Positions 10,141 to 19,031 of a DNA stretch of 64,000 bases are shown here, piece after piece. Source of the DNA: a bacterium (GTDB lineage: Bacteria > SAR324 > NAC60-12); the NCBI GenBank assembly GCA_965233585.1, contig CBDDTI010000747.1:192001-256000 (forward strand), written 5' to 3'. Below the pieces are notes generated by a model that had not been told where the DNA came from, searched no databases, and saw only the letters and a list, made by a program, of their open reading frames with translations. Each line of letters opens with the position of its first letter. Positions within the stretch are counted from its first letter, which is position 1. The translations under genes and the position numbers were made by a program.

Positions 10141-11619
10141 ATGAAAACAAGAATTTGGTTACTGGCATCGTTAGCGGCTTTGTCTGCGTGCAATCCTTCT
10201 GCCACAGACTCAGAGGAGGAAGAAAGCAATCTGGCAAAATTGAGTTGTGAGATTGGAGGCTTGACAACACAACTGGCTCAAGGGGAACAGACCACAGCAA
10301 ACCTTGCTTGTGATTTGACAGGTATTCATCAACAGTTGCAGTTGGTTGTAGGATATGACGCTAGTGTCATCAATCTTTCTGCATCAGGAGAGTCTCAAGC
10401 CCAAGCAGGTTCTATCAAGATTACCTTGCCAAGAAATAGCCCTTTCAAAAGCACATTGAGCCTTCAGGGACTCAAAACAGGCAAAAGTCAAATTGAACTC
10501 AAGGTCAAAGACTTTTCTAAAACGTGGGATTTTGCAGTCATACCCTCCATTGATTTTAGAAGTGCGGGATACAAACTTGCATCAGGTATCAGTCACAGCC
10601 TTTTAATCAAAGAAGACGGCACACTTTGGGCGTGGGGGGTGAATAATGATGGGCAACTTGGTGATGGCACCAATGCTGACAGACTGGCTCCTGTTCAAAT
10701 TGGTTCTGACAACAACTGGAAAATTTTGGCAAGTAATGGTGCATTTAGTCTTGCCATCAAAAAAGAGGGGAGCCTTTGGGCTTGGGGACGCAACCGTTTT
10801 AGACAACTTGGTGATGGCACCAACACTGACAGATTCGCTCCCGTTCAAATTGCTGGAAGCTGGAAGCTCGTCTCTGCAGGATATTTTCATACACTGGCTT
10901 TGAAGGGAGATAACACACTCTGGGCTTGGGGAGACAACCGTGTTGGACAACTTGGAGACGGCACTACCACCATCAGAACCACTCCTACAAAAATTGGTTC
11001 TGACCAATGGACGTCTGTCTCTTCAGGCTATGGACACACTCTGGGACTGAAGACAGATGGCACACTCTGGGCTTGGGGTTTTAATAGAGTTGGACAACTT
11101 GGTGATGGAACCAACACCAATAGAACCACCCCTACGAAAATTGGCTCTGGCAATGACTGGCAAGAAATTCATACAAAAAGTGTCAGCTCTTTTGCCATCA
11201 AAAAAGATGGAAGTCTTTGGGCATGGGGGTCTAACATAGATGGACAACTTGGAGACGGCACCAACACTGACAGACTTGCTCCTGTTCAAATTTCTGGTCA
11301 CTGGAAGGCTGTTTCTTCAGGAGGAGATGCTGATGACTCACAAGGTTTTCATACACTCGGAATCAAGAGTGGAGGGTCTCTGTGGGCTTGGGGGAGTGAT
11401 TCTGACGGGCGTCTCGGACTAGGAGCAGGAGATCAAAGTAGTAACCGTCCTATTCAGTTGGGATCAGACACTGATTGGGTTGCTGTGGAGGCAGGAGATT
11501 CGTATAGTGTCGCAGTCAAATCCAATGGAGAAGTCTGGGCATGGGGAGGCAATAATTTTGGACGTCTTGGAGACGGCACCAACATTAACAGAGATACTCC
11601 CGTTAAAGTGAGGTTTTAA
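10141..11619 (+). CDS. RCC1/BLIP-II repeat beta-propeller lipoprotein (copy 2)
   Basis: RBS aaggag before ATG 10141; lipobox LSAC; same N-terminal domain and about 7 RCC1 repeats as 7456..8934. Confidence 0.9.
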   Translation: MKTRIWLLASLAALSACNPSATDSEEEESNLAKLSCEIGGLTTQLAQGEQTTANLACDLTGIHQQLQLVVGYDASVINLSASGESQAQAGSIKITLPRNSPFKSTLSLQGLKTGKSQIELKVKDFSKTWDFAVIPSIDFRSAGYKLASGISHSLLIKEDGTLWAWGVNNDGQLGDGTNADRLAPVQIGSDNNWKILASNGAFSLAIKKEGSLWAWGRNRFRQLGDGTNTDRFAPVQIAGSWKLVSAGYFHTLALKGDNTLWAWGDNRVGQLGDGTTTIRTTPTKIGSDQWTSVSSGYGHTLGLKTDGTLWAWGFNRVGQLGDGTNTNRTTPTKIGSGNDWQEIHTKSVSSFAIKKDGSLWAWGSNIDGQLGDGTNTDRLAPVQISGHWKAVSSGGDADDSQGFHTLGIKSGGSLWAWGSDSDGRLGLGAGDQSSNRPIQLGSDTDWVAVEAGDSYSVAVKSNGEVWAWGGNNFGRLGDGTNINRDTPVKVRF

Positions 11620-11647
11620 TTCCATTCTTCTTTCTCTTTTCTCCTTA

Positions 11648-11673
11648 GCAGGGAGTCAGCTCTGCTCCCTGTT
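11648..11673. terminator. Hairpin between convergent genes
   Basis: gcagggag-N9-ctccctgt inverted repeat. Confidence 0.5.
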
Positions 11674-11744
11674 GTTTCCTCTCCTTGCTCTGTCAATCCT
11701 CTTTTACCTTTCAGCTGATTCCCTCCTTAGTTGATTCAAAGAGA

Positions 11745-12194
11745 CTAAGCTGCAGTCAACACATCTTTGATAAAAGCCAGCATTGCAAAGAGTGCTGCCA
11801 TCTGCGCCAGAGTTAAACCCACCATCCATTGTATCAATGAAATTTTAGTGTCCTTGATTTGTCCTTCAAGGTCGCTTTTGACCTCTTGCAAATCAGTCTT
11901 GACATCATTGATTTTTCCTTCAAGGTCGCTTTTGACCTCTTGCAAATCATTCTTGACGTCATTGATTTTTCCTTCAAGGTCGCTTTTGACCTCTTGCAAA
12001 TCATTCTTGACGTCATTGATTTTTCCTTCAAGGTCACTTTTAACTTCTTGCAAATCTTGTTTGGTGCAAACTGTGGTTTTGAGTTCTTCACTGAAAATAT
12101 CTCTTAAACATTCAGCTTGAGCCTCCGCCTGTTCAGAAGTAAAACCTACTGCTATCAGTCGCTTGGAATATTGCAACGTATCTATCGCATACAT
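11745..12194 (-). CDS. DUF1640/CCDC90-like coiled-coil membrane-anchored protein
   Basis: IDTLQYSKRL..VGFTSEQAEA head, TKQDL neck, about 4 copies of 18-aa DLQEVKSDLEGKINDVKN (54-bp repeats), C-terminal WMVG TM helix. Confidence 0.85.
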   Translation of the reverse strand: MYAIDTLQYSKRLIAVGFTSEQAEAQAECLRDIFSEELKTTVCTKQDLQEVKSDLEGKINDVKNDLQEVKSDLEGKINDVKNDLQEVKSDLEGKINDVKTDLQEVKSDLEGQIKDTKISLIQWMVGLTLAQMAALFAMLAFIKDVLTAA

Positions 12195-12295
12195 AAAAGC
12201 CTTTTTTTAAAAATGATTTTTTAAGTCAACCAATCAATGAAAGTCATCTTCATCTTTGTCATAGCAGATGACAAACTCTGTTCTTTTTAAAGAAT

Positions 12296-13960
12296 TTAGC
12301 TTGGTTCAGTCCACATGTTTTTAGACTGAATCAGTTCCACCAACTTTTCTACGGCTTGTGATTGATGAATGCCTGACTGAACTCGTGTTTGTCCATAATA
12401 AAGGTCTATTTTTTCCTGACCTGCCCCAACGTACCCAAAGTCTGCATCTGCCATCTCACCAGGTCCATTGACGATACAGCCCATGATCCCAATTTTCACA
12501 CCCTTGAGATGCTTCGTTCGGTCTTGAATTTGTTTGGTGGTCGTTTGTAAATCAAAAAAAGTTCTTCCACATGAGGGGCAAGAAATAAAATCAGCACGGG
12601 ACATTCTGACACGGGTTGCTTGCAAAAGCGTCTCACAAAAGACAAAGAGTTGGTGTTCTGGAGGCAGATGTGGACAAATCAGAGCCTGCAAAAGACCTTC
12701 AATGATGGCACTTCCCAACTCTGAAGCACCTTGTTCCCATTGACAAAAATCTAAATGCAATCGTACTGCCACAGGGAATGCTATTTGTGCATCATACAGG
12801 ATTTTTGCCAAATGGCGAAGTGGAAATAAAAATGACTGCCCTGACAACACCAAAAGTTGAGGGGTTTGAAAAAGTTTTAATCTTTCCACAAATTGTAGTT
12901 CGTTTACTAAATCTTCAGGAGACACATGGATAATAGAAAGTTTGTCAATTTGAGATTCGTTGATGAGTTCGTCCACATATTCAGGTTTGGTGTGAGCAAT
13001 GCGAAAAGGTGTGATTGCTAGCAGGCGAAATGCCTCACCTACTTTGGTTTGACCGATTTGCACAGCCTGTCTTGAAGGCAATGGTTTGGTTAAAGGTGGC
13101 ACATATTGTGTTTGATGGACTCCGTCTAAAATCGCTTGTGCCGCAGGGATTTCGTATTTTGAGGCTTCTGTCAAAGACACACGTACGGTGTCGCCAATCC
13201 CATCTATCAATAAACCCCCAATCCCCACAGCACTTTTGATCCTGCCATCTAGTCCAGCCCCTGCTTCGGTGACTCCAAGATGCAATGGATAATCAAAACA
13301 CTCTTTTGCCAGTTGTTTACTCAATTCACGGTATGCACGCATCATTACGGAAGGAATTGAAGACTTCATAGAAATGATGATGTCATGGAAGTTATATTTT
13401 GCAAAAATCCGCACATATTCCATTGCACACTCTACCATTCCCTCCGGGGTGTCTCCATAGTGGTTCAAAATCCTGTCGGATAAAGAACCATGATTCACAC
13501 CCAATCTTAGAGAACGTTTGTATTTTTGCAAATTCGCAATCAAGGGCTTGAGCCTCTCTTCAATCCTTTCCAATTCTTCATTGTATTGGTCTTGAGTGTA
13601 AACTTTGACTTCAAAACGTTTGGTGTCTGCAAAGTTACCGGGGTTGATTCTCACTTTTTCAAACAGTTCACAAGCATCTACTGCAATTTTAGGGCTGAAG
13701 TGGACGTCAGCAATCAAGGGCTGTGTGATGCCATACTCTGACATCTTCTTTCGCATTTGAGAGACGGCTTCCAGTGCTTGGCGATTAGGCAAAGTGAGTC
13801 GGATCATCTCTGCATCATGCAACGTTTGCATCTCTTGCAGACAAGCCTCCGCATCGCGGGTGTCTGATGTCAGCATCGTTTGAATCCTCACAGGATTTGC
13901 CCCACCTACTGCTACATTGCCAATATAAACCGTCCGTGTTTTTCTCCTCAAATCATTCAT
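12296..13960 (-). CDS. ispG: HMBPP synthase IspG, long form
   Basis: ADVHF, RINPGN, GVNHGSL, LHLGVTEAG, GIGDTVRVSL, SCPSCGR, MGCIVNGPGE; central insertion; ATG at 13960. Confidence 0.95.
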   Translation of the reverse strand: MNDLRRKTRTVYIGNVAVGGANPVRIQTMLTSDTRDAEACLQEMQTLHDAEMIRLTLPNRQALEAVSQMRKKMSEYGITQPLIADVHFSPKIAVDACELFEKVRINPGNFADTKRFEVKVYTQDQYNEELERIEERLKPLIANLQKYKRSLRLGVNHGSLSDRILNHYGDTPEGMVECAMEYVRIFAKYNFHDIIISMKSSIPSVMMRAYRELSKQLAKECFDYPLHLGVTEAGAGLDGRIKSAVGIGGLLIDGIGDTVRVSLTEASKYEIPAAQAILDGVHQTQYVPPLTKPLPSRQAVQIGQTKVGEAFRLLAITPFRIAHTKPEYVDELINESQIDKLSIIHVSPEDLVNELQFVERLKLFQTPQLLVLSGQSFLFPLRHLAKILYDAQIAFPVAVRLHLDFCQWEQGASELGSAIIEGLLQALICPHLPPEHQLFVFCETLLQATRVRMSRADFISCPSCGRTFFDLQTTTKQIQDRTKHLKGVKIGIMGCIVNGPGEMADADFGYVGAGQEKIDLYYGQTRVQSGIHQSQAVEKLVELIQSKNMWTEPS

Positions 13961-13968
13961 GTTTTGTC

Positions 13969-14349
13969 TCACTTGTGCTTTTTCAATCTGACTGCAATGA
14001 CGTGATAAATGAAAATGACTAAAAGCCCCCACGTCCAATGAAAATGAAGGCTTTGCACCCAATCCAGTTGGTTATCTTCGTAGAGGAAAAGCAAAACCCC
14101 TGTCATAATCAAGACTCCCCCAGCCATGCACTGTAACATCCCCGAACTAGCAATGGTGAAATACCTCAAAAATGCTCGCCGTTCTTTGATATGCTCCCAA
14201 GCGTACACAGGAAATACGAGGATAAAAAAGAACCCTGCCCAAAGATGAAAAATCAAGGGCAGTGAAAAACCTGGTTTGGGAGGCTTCCAAGCCAGCCAAA
14301 ACCCAGAAATGACTAAACAAAATGTTAAAATCAGTACGAGGCGCCTCAT
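13969..14349 (-). CDS. Small 4-TM membrane protein with His residues (DUF4405/cytochrome b-like, uncertain)
   Basis: MRRLVLILTF start overlaps nth stop; four hydrophobic segments with His in FHLW, WEH, LHFH, YH. Confidence 0.6.
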   Translation of the reverse strand: MRRLVLILTFCLVISGFWLAWKPPKPGFSLPLIFHLWAGFFFILVFPVYAWEHIKERRAFLRYFTIASSGMLQCMAGGVLIMTGVLLFLYEDNQLDWVQSLHFHWTWGLLVIFIYHVIAVRLKKHK

Positions 14350-14978
14350 AGCAATTTTTCTGAATAGGCACATTCTTCGGAAACGACGCAGTCTGCGCAT
14401 TTGGGACGACTTGCACGGCAAGTGTAACGTCCATGAAGAATCAACAAATGATGAGCATCCTGCTTCCATGAATCTGGCACAACTTTTAAAAGTTTGTTTT
14501 CTACATCAAGTGGGGTTTTGCCAGTGGCTAACCCTGTGCGATTTGAGACACGAAAGACATGGGTATCAACAGCAATAGTTGGGTGTCCAAAAGCGACATT
14601 GAGCAACACATTTGCAGTCTTGCGTCCCACACCAGGCAAGGCTTCCAGCTCTTTGCGAGTTTCAGGAACTTGACCTTGATACTCTTGCACCAAAATTTGG
14701 GAAGTTTTGAGAATATTCTTAGCCTTGGTGTTTGCCAAACCGATTTTGCGAATCAACTCCTTGATGTCTTGCCAGTCTGCCTCTGCCATCTCAAAAGCAG
14801 ATGGATAGGTTGCAAATAATTGGGGAGTGGCAAGATTCACAGATTTATCAGTGGCTTGGGCGCTTAACATGACTGCAATCAAAAGCTCAAAATGATTGGC
14901 ATACAGCAGTTCTGTTTTAGGCACAATACCACCTGTTCCTAACTTTTCAAAAAAACACAAGGCATCTTTGGGTGTCAT
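14346..14978 (-). CDS. nth: Endonuclease III
   Basis: LSAQATD, HhH LPGVGRKTANV, VDTHVFR, C-terminal 4-Cys FeS motif. Confidence 0.96.
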   Translation of the reverse strand: MTPKDALCFFEKLGTGGIVPKTELLYANHFELLIAVMLSAQATDKSVNLATPQLFATYPSAFEMAEADWQDIKELIRKIGLANTKAKNILKTSQILVQEYQGQVPETRKELEALPGVGRKTANVLLNVAFGHPTIAVDTHVFRVSNRTGLATGKTPLDVENKLLKVVPDSWKQDAHHLLILHGRYTCRASRPKCADCVVSEECAYSEKLL

Positions 14979-15116
14979 CACTTTTTTTTGAGCAAAGTTT
15001 GGCAAAAATTAACTTTTTGAGTCTAGCATCTTCTTACAAAATAAGAAATTGAGGAGAAAGGAGGTGAAAGCATGATTTTTCAAATTTTTTTTGAAACGAT
15101 TTTTGAAATAATGACA

Positions 15117-16481
15117 TCACTTGCCAATGCAAAAGTGGGCAAAAATTTGTTCAAGAATATCGTCTGCGGTCGTTTGTCCCACAATGTCCCCAAGCAATTT
15201 TAAAGCAGATGCTGTCTCTACCGCTACACACTCTTCGCCAACCCCTGCATGAATGGCATCAATGGCATTTTGCAGTCTTTGAGATGTGGCTTGTGCGATT
15301 TGAGCTTGCCTTAAATTCGTCATCAATACAGATTCTTGGGGTGCAGAAGTGCCAAGTGCTTTTTGAAAAATTGCAGTCTTCAGTCCTTCTATTCCTTCAC
15401 CTGACAAAGCGGACACATGCAAAGCATTTTTTGATAAAGCGTCTTGTTTTGACTTTGACAAGGCGTCTTGCTGCAAGTCTTTCTTATTCCAAACAATCAA
15501 ATCTTTTTCTGGTTTGAGAAATTTTAAAACGTCTGCTGTCGGTTTTTGGTCATGGGCAAAAATGATTAAGCATAAATCCGCACGTTTGAGTTCTTCCAAA
15601 CTCAACTGGACACCAGCAGACTCCGTTCGGTTTTCTGTTTGGCGCACTCCTGCGGTGTCCACAAGGCAGACAGACAGACCACAAAAAGAAGTCCACTCTT
15701 CAATGAAATCACGTGTTGTTCCTGCAACAGCATCTACCAGTGCACGCTTGCGGCTGGTCAAAACATTCAAAAGACTGGATTTTCCAACATTCGGCTCACC
15801 AATCAATGCAACACGAAAGCCTTCGCGAATCGTCTGACCGTGTTTTGCAGTGGCTTGTAGTTTGTCAAGTTCTGTCTTGGCATCTAGCAAACATTGCAGA
15901 CATTCTTTTCTGCTGGGGAAGTCTTCGTCTTGGTCGGCAAAATCAATAGAGAACTCTAAAAAGGAAGAAGCGCGTTTGATTTGGTTGCTGATGGATTCAA
16001 TACATTGAGAAAGCCGTCCCCGCATCTGATTGACTGCTGTTTGCATGCTTAAACTTGACCTTGCATGCAACAGATCGCCCACTGCCTCCACTTGTAACAA
16101 ATCCATTTTACCATTAAAAAAAGCACGCCTCGTGAACTCTCCTGCTTCTGCAAGCCTTGCCCCACGACTCACGCATGCCTCAAGCAAAGCATTCAGCACT
16201 GCTTGAGAGCCATGTGTGTAGAACTCTGCCGTATCCTCACCTGTGTAAGAATGAGGTGCAGACATCAGGCAAAGCATTCCTTCGTCAAGCACTTGGTCTT
16301 GGTCTTTCACCCAGCCATGAACCATCATGCGGGGTTGAAGAGGGAAGTTTTGTTTGGAAGGAGTAAAAAGACTTTCTGCTAAAGTTTTGGCATGTTGACC
16401 ACTGATGCGAATGATGCCAATCGCTCCTACTCCTGTTGCTGTGGCAATGGCAACGATGGTGTCTTGGCTCTTCAAAGACAT
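15117..16481 (-). CDS. mnmE: tRNA modification GTPase MnmE
   Basis: DTIVAIAT, SYTGED, GEFTRRAF, GEPNVGKSS, GTTRD, DTAG, C-terminal FCIGK. Confidence 0.97.
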   Translation of the reverse strand: MSLKSQDTIVAIATATGVGAIGIIRISGQHAKTLAESLFTPSKQNFPLQPRMMVHGWVKDQDQVLDEGMLCLMSAPHSYTGEDTAEFYTHGSQAVLNALLEACVSRGARLAEAGEFTRRAFFNGKMDLLQVEAVGDLLHARSSLSMQTAVNQMRGRLSQCIESISNQIKRASSFLEFSIDFADQDEDFPSRKECLQCLLDAKTELDKLQATAKHGQTIREGFRVALIGEPNVGKSSLLNVLTSRKRALVDAVAGTTRDFIEEWTSFCGLSVCLVDTAGVRQTENRTESAGVQLSLEELKRADLCLIIFAHDQKPTADVLKFLKPEKDLIVWNKKDLQQDALSKSKQDALSKNALHVSALSGEGIEGLKTAIFQKALGTSAPQESVLMTNLRQAQIAQATSQRLQNAIDAIHAGVGEECVAVETASALKLLGDIVGQTTADDILEQIFAHFCIGK

Positions 16482-16744
16482 CTTGGCTGATTAGGCAGAT
16501 TTTGAGCAAATAAAAATTGCCTGATTTTTTTGACTAATGGAGTGGTGTCAAAACTCTTTGTCATTGGGATTTAAAAAAGGATTCAAAAGAAGATCTTTTT
16601 TTGAGATTATCAAAATTTTTGGGGTTCACAGGGCATTGATTGTAGCGTTCATTCTCGTTTTTGTAAAGATGACCTGCAAAGCAGAAGTATCCCAAAAAAT
16701 TTCTTAAATACCTCCTACTATGATATGATTCAGGGATTTAAATC

Positions 16745-17644
16745 ATGGTCAAGTCAACATTAGTCATCTTAGCTGCTGGCATGGGCAGTCGCTATGGAGG
16801 ACATAAACAAACAGAGGGCATCGGTCCAAACCACGAAACGATTCTTGAATATTCCATTTATGATGCCATTCAGTCGGGCTTTCAAAAAGTCGTTTTAGTC
16901 ATCAAAAAAGAACAATACAGCAAGTTTCAGGACTTGCTTCGTGCAAAACTAGAGGGACAAATAGCAGTCTACTACGCATTTCAAGAAGTTCTGACCCAAG
17001 TTGGTCACATCAGCATTGAAGGAAGGACCAAACCTTGGGGGACAGCTCAAGCCATTTTAACTGCAAAAGAGGTGGTGAATGACCCATTCACTGTCATTAA
17101 TGCTGATGATTTCTATGGGCGGGAGTCCTTTCGCGTGATGAATCAGTTTCTACAAACTCAATGTCAAGAGACGCATTATGCCATGGTGGGATATATCCTT
17201 GAAAATACGCTTTCTGCCAATGGTGCTGTTTCCAGAGGACTTTGCCAAGTGCATGAAGGCAGGTTGGTTGATGTGAGGGAAGCAACGCAAATTACTAGAC
17301 AAGGTAATGAAATCATTTGCCAAGGACGGAATCACTTGCAAAAGTTAGATGCAGGGACTTATGTTTCTATGAATTTTTGGGGATTCCACCCTTTCATTTT
17401 TGAAAAGTTAGAAAGAGGATTTAGCCAGTTTGTCAAATCTCATGCTCACGATTTGAAGGCAGAGTATTTCATTTCATCAGAAGTCGGGCATCTTTTGCAA
17501 AAAAATGAAGTGGAGATTTCTGTTTTAGAAAGTCGTGCCAAGTGGTTTGGCATGACCTACCAAGAAGACAGGCAAGTTGCCAAAACGCAAATCAAAACTT
17601 TGATAGAACAAGGGCTGTATCCTGAATCTCTTTGGAAGCCATGA
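16745..17644 (+). CDS. Sugar-phosphate nucleotidyltransferase
   Basis: LAAGMGSRYGG, KPWGT, VINADDFYG, SMNFWGF. Confidence 0.88.
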   Translation: MVKSTLVILAAGMGSRYGGHKQTEGIGPNHETILEYSIYDAIQSGFQKVVLVIKKEQYSKFQDLLRAKLEGQIAVYYAFQEVLTQVGHISIEGRTKPWGTAQAILTAKEVVNDPFTVINADDFYGRESFRVMNQFLQTQCQETHYAMVGYILENTLSANGAVSRGLCQVHEGRLVDVREATQITRQGNEIICQGRNHLQKLDAGTYVSMNFWGFHPFIFEKLERGFSQFVKSHAHDLKAEYFISSEVGHLLQKNEVEISVLESRAKWFGMTYQEDRQVAKTQIKTLIEQGLYPESLWKP

Positions 17645-18723
17645 CCAAGTTAAGCTCCATTCTCAAAAAATTCTACCCAGAGGCTCAACTGCTTTCATAC
17701 CAACCCCTTGGCAACGGACATATCAATCAAACTCTGCTCATACAATTCCAGAACCATCACCAGACTGAACGGATTGTCTTGCAACAAATTAATACTCATG
17801 TCTTTAAGAAACCTGAGGCAATTATGAGCAACATTGCATTAGTTAGCAAACACCTCCAATCTACAAATTATCCATACCAAATTTTGATGCCTCTTTTGAC
17901 TACTCAAAAAGAGTTTGGATTTTGGCATGATGGCGGATACTGGCGGGCATATCCTTATTTGTCAAATGCCATAGAAATTGAAAAAGCTCAAACTGAAAAA
18001 CAAGCCTATGACATTGCCAAGTGCTATGGACATTTCACACGCTATCTTGAAAACATAGATTTGCAACCAATTCAAACCACTATCCTAGATTTTCATAATG
18101 GAATCGTGCGATGGCAACAATTTGAAGAGGCACTCAAGAATGACCAAGCCTCAAGAAAAGCAAGACAAAAGCATTTAATAGAAAACGTTTTAGCACTCCA
18201 AAACATCATTGAGGAAGCAAATGAAGTCATTCAAACACTACCGATCAGGCTTATTCACTACGATACAAAAATTAACAACGTGTTGGTGAACGAAAAAACG
18301 ATGCAACCGATGGCTGTTGTGGACTTGGATACTTTGATGAAAGGTTGCATCTTGTCAGACTTTGGAGACATGGTGAGAACCTTTACCAATTCCACTGATG
18401 AAGATTGCAATCAAGCAGAGAAAATCACGATGAGAATGCCTATTTTTCAAGCATTAACAAAGGGTTTTTTAGAAGGTTGCGGAACCATGTTAACCCCTTC
18501 AGAAAAAAAATATTTGGTACTAGGATCTTTGAACCTTGTTTTCATGCAAGTCATCAGATTTTTGACAGACTACCTTAATGGTGATGTGTATTACAACACT
18601 CAATATGCAGAACACAATTTAGACAGAACCCTCAATCAATGGACACTGTTGCAATCCATGCTACAACAACAAAAAACAATGGAAGATGCCATTAAACAAG
18701 CATCATTCTATGACCTTAAATAA
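17641..18723 (+). CDS. APH/choline kinase-like phosphotransferase (NahK-like sugar kinase)
   Basis: GNGHINQT, LQQINT.VF, HYDTKINN, DLDT, DFGD, RFLTDYLNGD; ATGA overlap with upstream gene. Confidence 0.85.
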   Translation: MTKLSSILKKFYPEAQLLSYQPLGNGHINQTLLIQFQNHHQTERIVLQQINTHVFKKPEAIMSNIALVSKHLQSTNYPYQILMPLLTTQKEFGFWHDGGYWRAYPYLSNAIEIEKAQTEKQAYDIAKCYGHFTRYLENIDLQPIQTTILDFHNGIVRWQQFEEALKNDQASRKARQKHLIENVLALQNIIEEANEVIQTLPIRLIHYDTKINNVLVNEKTMQPMAVVDLDTLMKGCILSDFGDMVRTFTNSTDEDCNQAEKITMRMPIFQALTKGFLEGCGTMLTPSEKKYLVLGSLNLVFMQVIRFLTDYLNGDVYYNTQYAEHNLDRTLNQWTLLQSMLQQQKTMEDAIKQASFYDLK

Positions 18724-18822
18724 GGTTTAACTTCCCTATCCAAATCAAATCTTCCTGCCAAAATCAAATTCCGTGGTCTAAGACAATCTCCAAAAAAAAT
18801 CAATTTATCATAAAAATAATTC

Positions 18823-18851
18823 TTGACAGCCAATTTTTCTCTGGATAGAAT
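18823..18851 (+). promoter_or_regulatory. Near-consensus sigma70 promoter
   Basis: TTGACA-17 nt-TAGAAT about 180 nt upstream of ATG 19032. Confidence 0.7.
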
Positions 18852-19031
18852 GCTTTTATGATTTATAAAATAAAGCAAACTCTAAACTATATGTTAGGCA
18901 ATAATAGGGATTTAGTCTAAATAAATGTCTTGATAAAATGTTTATTATGTCAGACTGAACCTTATTTGTCTATGAGGATATGAGAACAGCTTTATTTGGA
19001 TTGATTAATTTTTTTTGAATGGAGTAGTCAA

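Noticed and set aside
7900..12100. Regular repeats as a CRISPR array or DGR template/variable pair
   Set aside because: Repeats are in-frame coding units without unique spacers; no cas or reverse transcriptase gene; differences are not adenine-specific
15430..15475. Short duplication in mnmE (QDALSKSKQDALSK)
   Set aside because: In-frame 24-bp slippage in a variable loop; no sign of functional novelty
17641..18723. Aminoglycoside resistance gene
   Set aside because: Motifs and coupling to a nucleotidyltransferase fit the sugar-kinase branch of the APH superfamily
18870..18965. c-di-GMP-I riboswitch
   Set aside because: Has gcaaac and a tctaa/tatg-like stem but lacks the GAAA tetraloop and CGCAAAG core
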